Source: Stramenopiles sp. TOSAG23-3 (Eukaryota). Taken from it: a stretch of 64,000 nt of DNA. The position numbers and the translations under genes are program-made. Each line of letters begins with the position of its first letter. Within the stretch, counting starts at the first letter, position 1. The stretch is from the NCBI GenBank assembly GCA_900128585.1, contig LT642148.1, forward strand, positions 1-64,000, in the 5' to 3' direction. Under the pieces are notes generated by a model. The model was not told where the DNA came from and did no database searches. It was given only the letters and a program-made list of their open reading frames with translations. Below, one piece after another: positions 62,643 to 64,000 of this stretch.

Positions 62643-62913
62643 TGCGCGGTGAAGTGGCTTAAATACTTAAATAACTAACAACCATCATTTTGTTTTTCTA
62701 TTTTTATAAAAAAACAAAATAGATCTCCGAAAATGCATTAATTTGAATTTACGGATATACCTGCTTGCGTTGTAACATATTTATAAGATAACTTACCTTA
62801 CGCTTTTCCTGTTTTAAAACTTTATTTCTTACGAAGTAAAAAAATTAAGTGAAACAGAGAACGGTGTAAACATTTTTCCTCAAACAAAAACTAAACCAGC
62901 GCATTGTGAGGAC

Positions 62914-63255
62914 TGCCTGGTCTGGTCAACCATACAAAGGAGGCGAACTACCGAGTAAATCTTTGGTCGAATCGTAGGATCTCCAAAGTTCAGCCTTCCA
63001 AAGAGAGAATGTTTGAGATTCATTGAAATGAGTCTGTGTCTTCTGATCCAAGCTGTTTCGGTGTCAGATGTAAATCAAGTACTCCAGTGTGGCTGATTTT
63101 TGCCTGGTCATTTCCCAAGTGTACAAAGGAGATGAATTAGCAAGTAAATCGAGGCATGCTGTTTCTTTTGGCCGTGTGCTAAATACTTGTTTGATGGTCT
63201 TTTGATTGATGGGTGTGATGTGGGCCTGCGTCTTCTGGTCCAAGCTGTTTCGGTC
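62914..63255. repeat. Diverged ~190-bp-period direct duplication
   Basis: TGCCTGGTC..TACAAAGGAG..AGTAAATC..GTCTTCTG.TCCAAGCTGTTTCGGT at ~62914-63062 and ~63101-63254. Confidence 0.75.
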
Positions 63256-63380
63256 TATGCGTACTTCGTATCAAAGAATGACCGGTCATGAGTTTGATCT
63301 CATCCTGTTAACTGATCTCGGGCAAGTTTACCTTTTATATGAAAAACAAACTTATATTCTCATTTTATATCAATACAAAG

Positions 63381-63580
63381 GGGAAACGTCACTTCATAAA
63401 AACTTAATTCTTCACCAGTTTGAACAAAAAGGAAATGTTTTACTTCGTAAAAATTTAACTCTTCTCCAGTTAGGATTAAGGAAAAGTTACTTCGTAAAAA
63501 CTTAACTCTTCACCAGTTTGAACAAAAAAGGAAACGTTACTTTGTCAAAACTTAACTCTTCACCAGTTTGAACAAAAAAA
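63381..63580. repeat. Minisatellite, 4 copies of ~49 bp
   Basis: Consensus GGAAACGTTACTTCGTAAAAACTTAACTCTTCACCAGTTTGAACAAAAA. Confidence 0.92.
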
Positions 63581-63606
63581 GCTGGCCACACCTATGCTGC
63601 CATCCA

Positions 63607-64000
63607 CTACTTCAAGAATCGCACGTACGTCATAAATGTCCCAAAGGTCGCCAGCGAAAACCACGTCCCTGCATATATCAAGTGGGTGTCTGTTGTTGTG
63701 TAAAAATCATTGTAGGCCTTAATGGGGCGACAGATGGGGAATTCCCCCGCATTGTGCGATTTAGTAGAGGCAAGGAAGCAGAGCTCGTTCGTTTTTGCTT
63801 CCTTGGCCAACGGGAACGACTGGGATGCTTTCGAGAGCTGTTCCAACTCGAACCATAAAAATCTGCGTGCTTGGACGTCGTTGGGTGGCGAAAACGTATT
63901 TCGTTCTTCCCCCTCTGTCAGTATACCCGTGACTTTCACAGGGCCTTCGACAAAGCGTTTTTGGCTTTCTGATAAGGCGTACGAATCTTTGGATTTCGCA
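63607..64000 (-). CDS. SURF1: SURF1/Shy1 cytochrome c oxidase assembly protein, 3' part (continues beyond window)
   Basis: VTGIL...E..NTFSPPND....F.W.EL and C-terminal HLIYAGTWFSLA. Confidence 0.85.
   Translation of the reverse strand, partial: AKSKDSYALSESQKRFVEGPVKVTGILTEGEERNTFSPPNDVQARRFLWFELEQLSKASQSFPLAKEAKTNELCFLASTKSHNAGEFPICRPIKAYNDFYTTTDTHLIYAGTWFSLATFGTFMTYVRFLK

Noticed and set aside
63381-63580. 49-bp array as CRISPR or as coding ORF 63206-63505
   Set aside because: Contiguous units without spacers; an ordinary minisatellite downstream of SURF1
1-64000. tRNA, rRNA, transposase, reverse transcriptase or viral hallmark genes
   Set aside because: None recognised by eye; small RNAs could be missed without covariance-model searches

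Overview
Gene-dense eukaryotic (protist-like) scaffold. Mostly intronless genes of moderate GC are separated by very AT-rich spacers, and there are two N gaps. Standard genetic code; GT-AG introns were found in two genes. Recognisable genes: UFD1-domain protein, prohibitin, MFSD1-like transporter, V-ATPase proteolipid (2 exons), SLC10A7-like transporter, two giant coiled-coil proteins, a degenerate PRUNE/PPX1 homologue, a GT32+TPR+GT-like protein, ELF1 (2 exons, missed by the ORF track), an H6PD-type dehydrogenase lacking the lactonase domain, uridine phosphorylase, a hotdog thioesterase and the 3' end of SURF1. The most unusual locus is 46364-54639 (-). Two long ORFs fuse into one ~2,760-aa type II membrane protein through a single -1 shift at G_GAA_AAC. 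Its architecture is EF-hand, TM, about ten RRL motifs, His/Met-, Arg/Glu/Asp- and Lys-rich blocks, then ~11 Cys-rich repeats; it looks like a proteolytically processed extracellular polyprotein. The spacers are organised too: one repeat family sits downstream of gene 3' ends, foldback/MULE-like elements sit elsewhere, and a TAGACGAC motif recurs upstream of genes. Several ORF-track starts are non-ATG and were moved to the most plausible in-frame ATG. All family assignments are by eye from remembered motifs; no searches were run.
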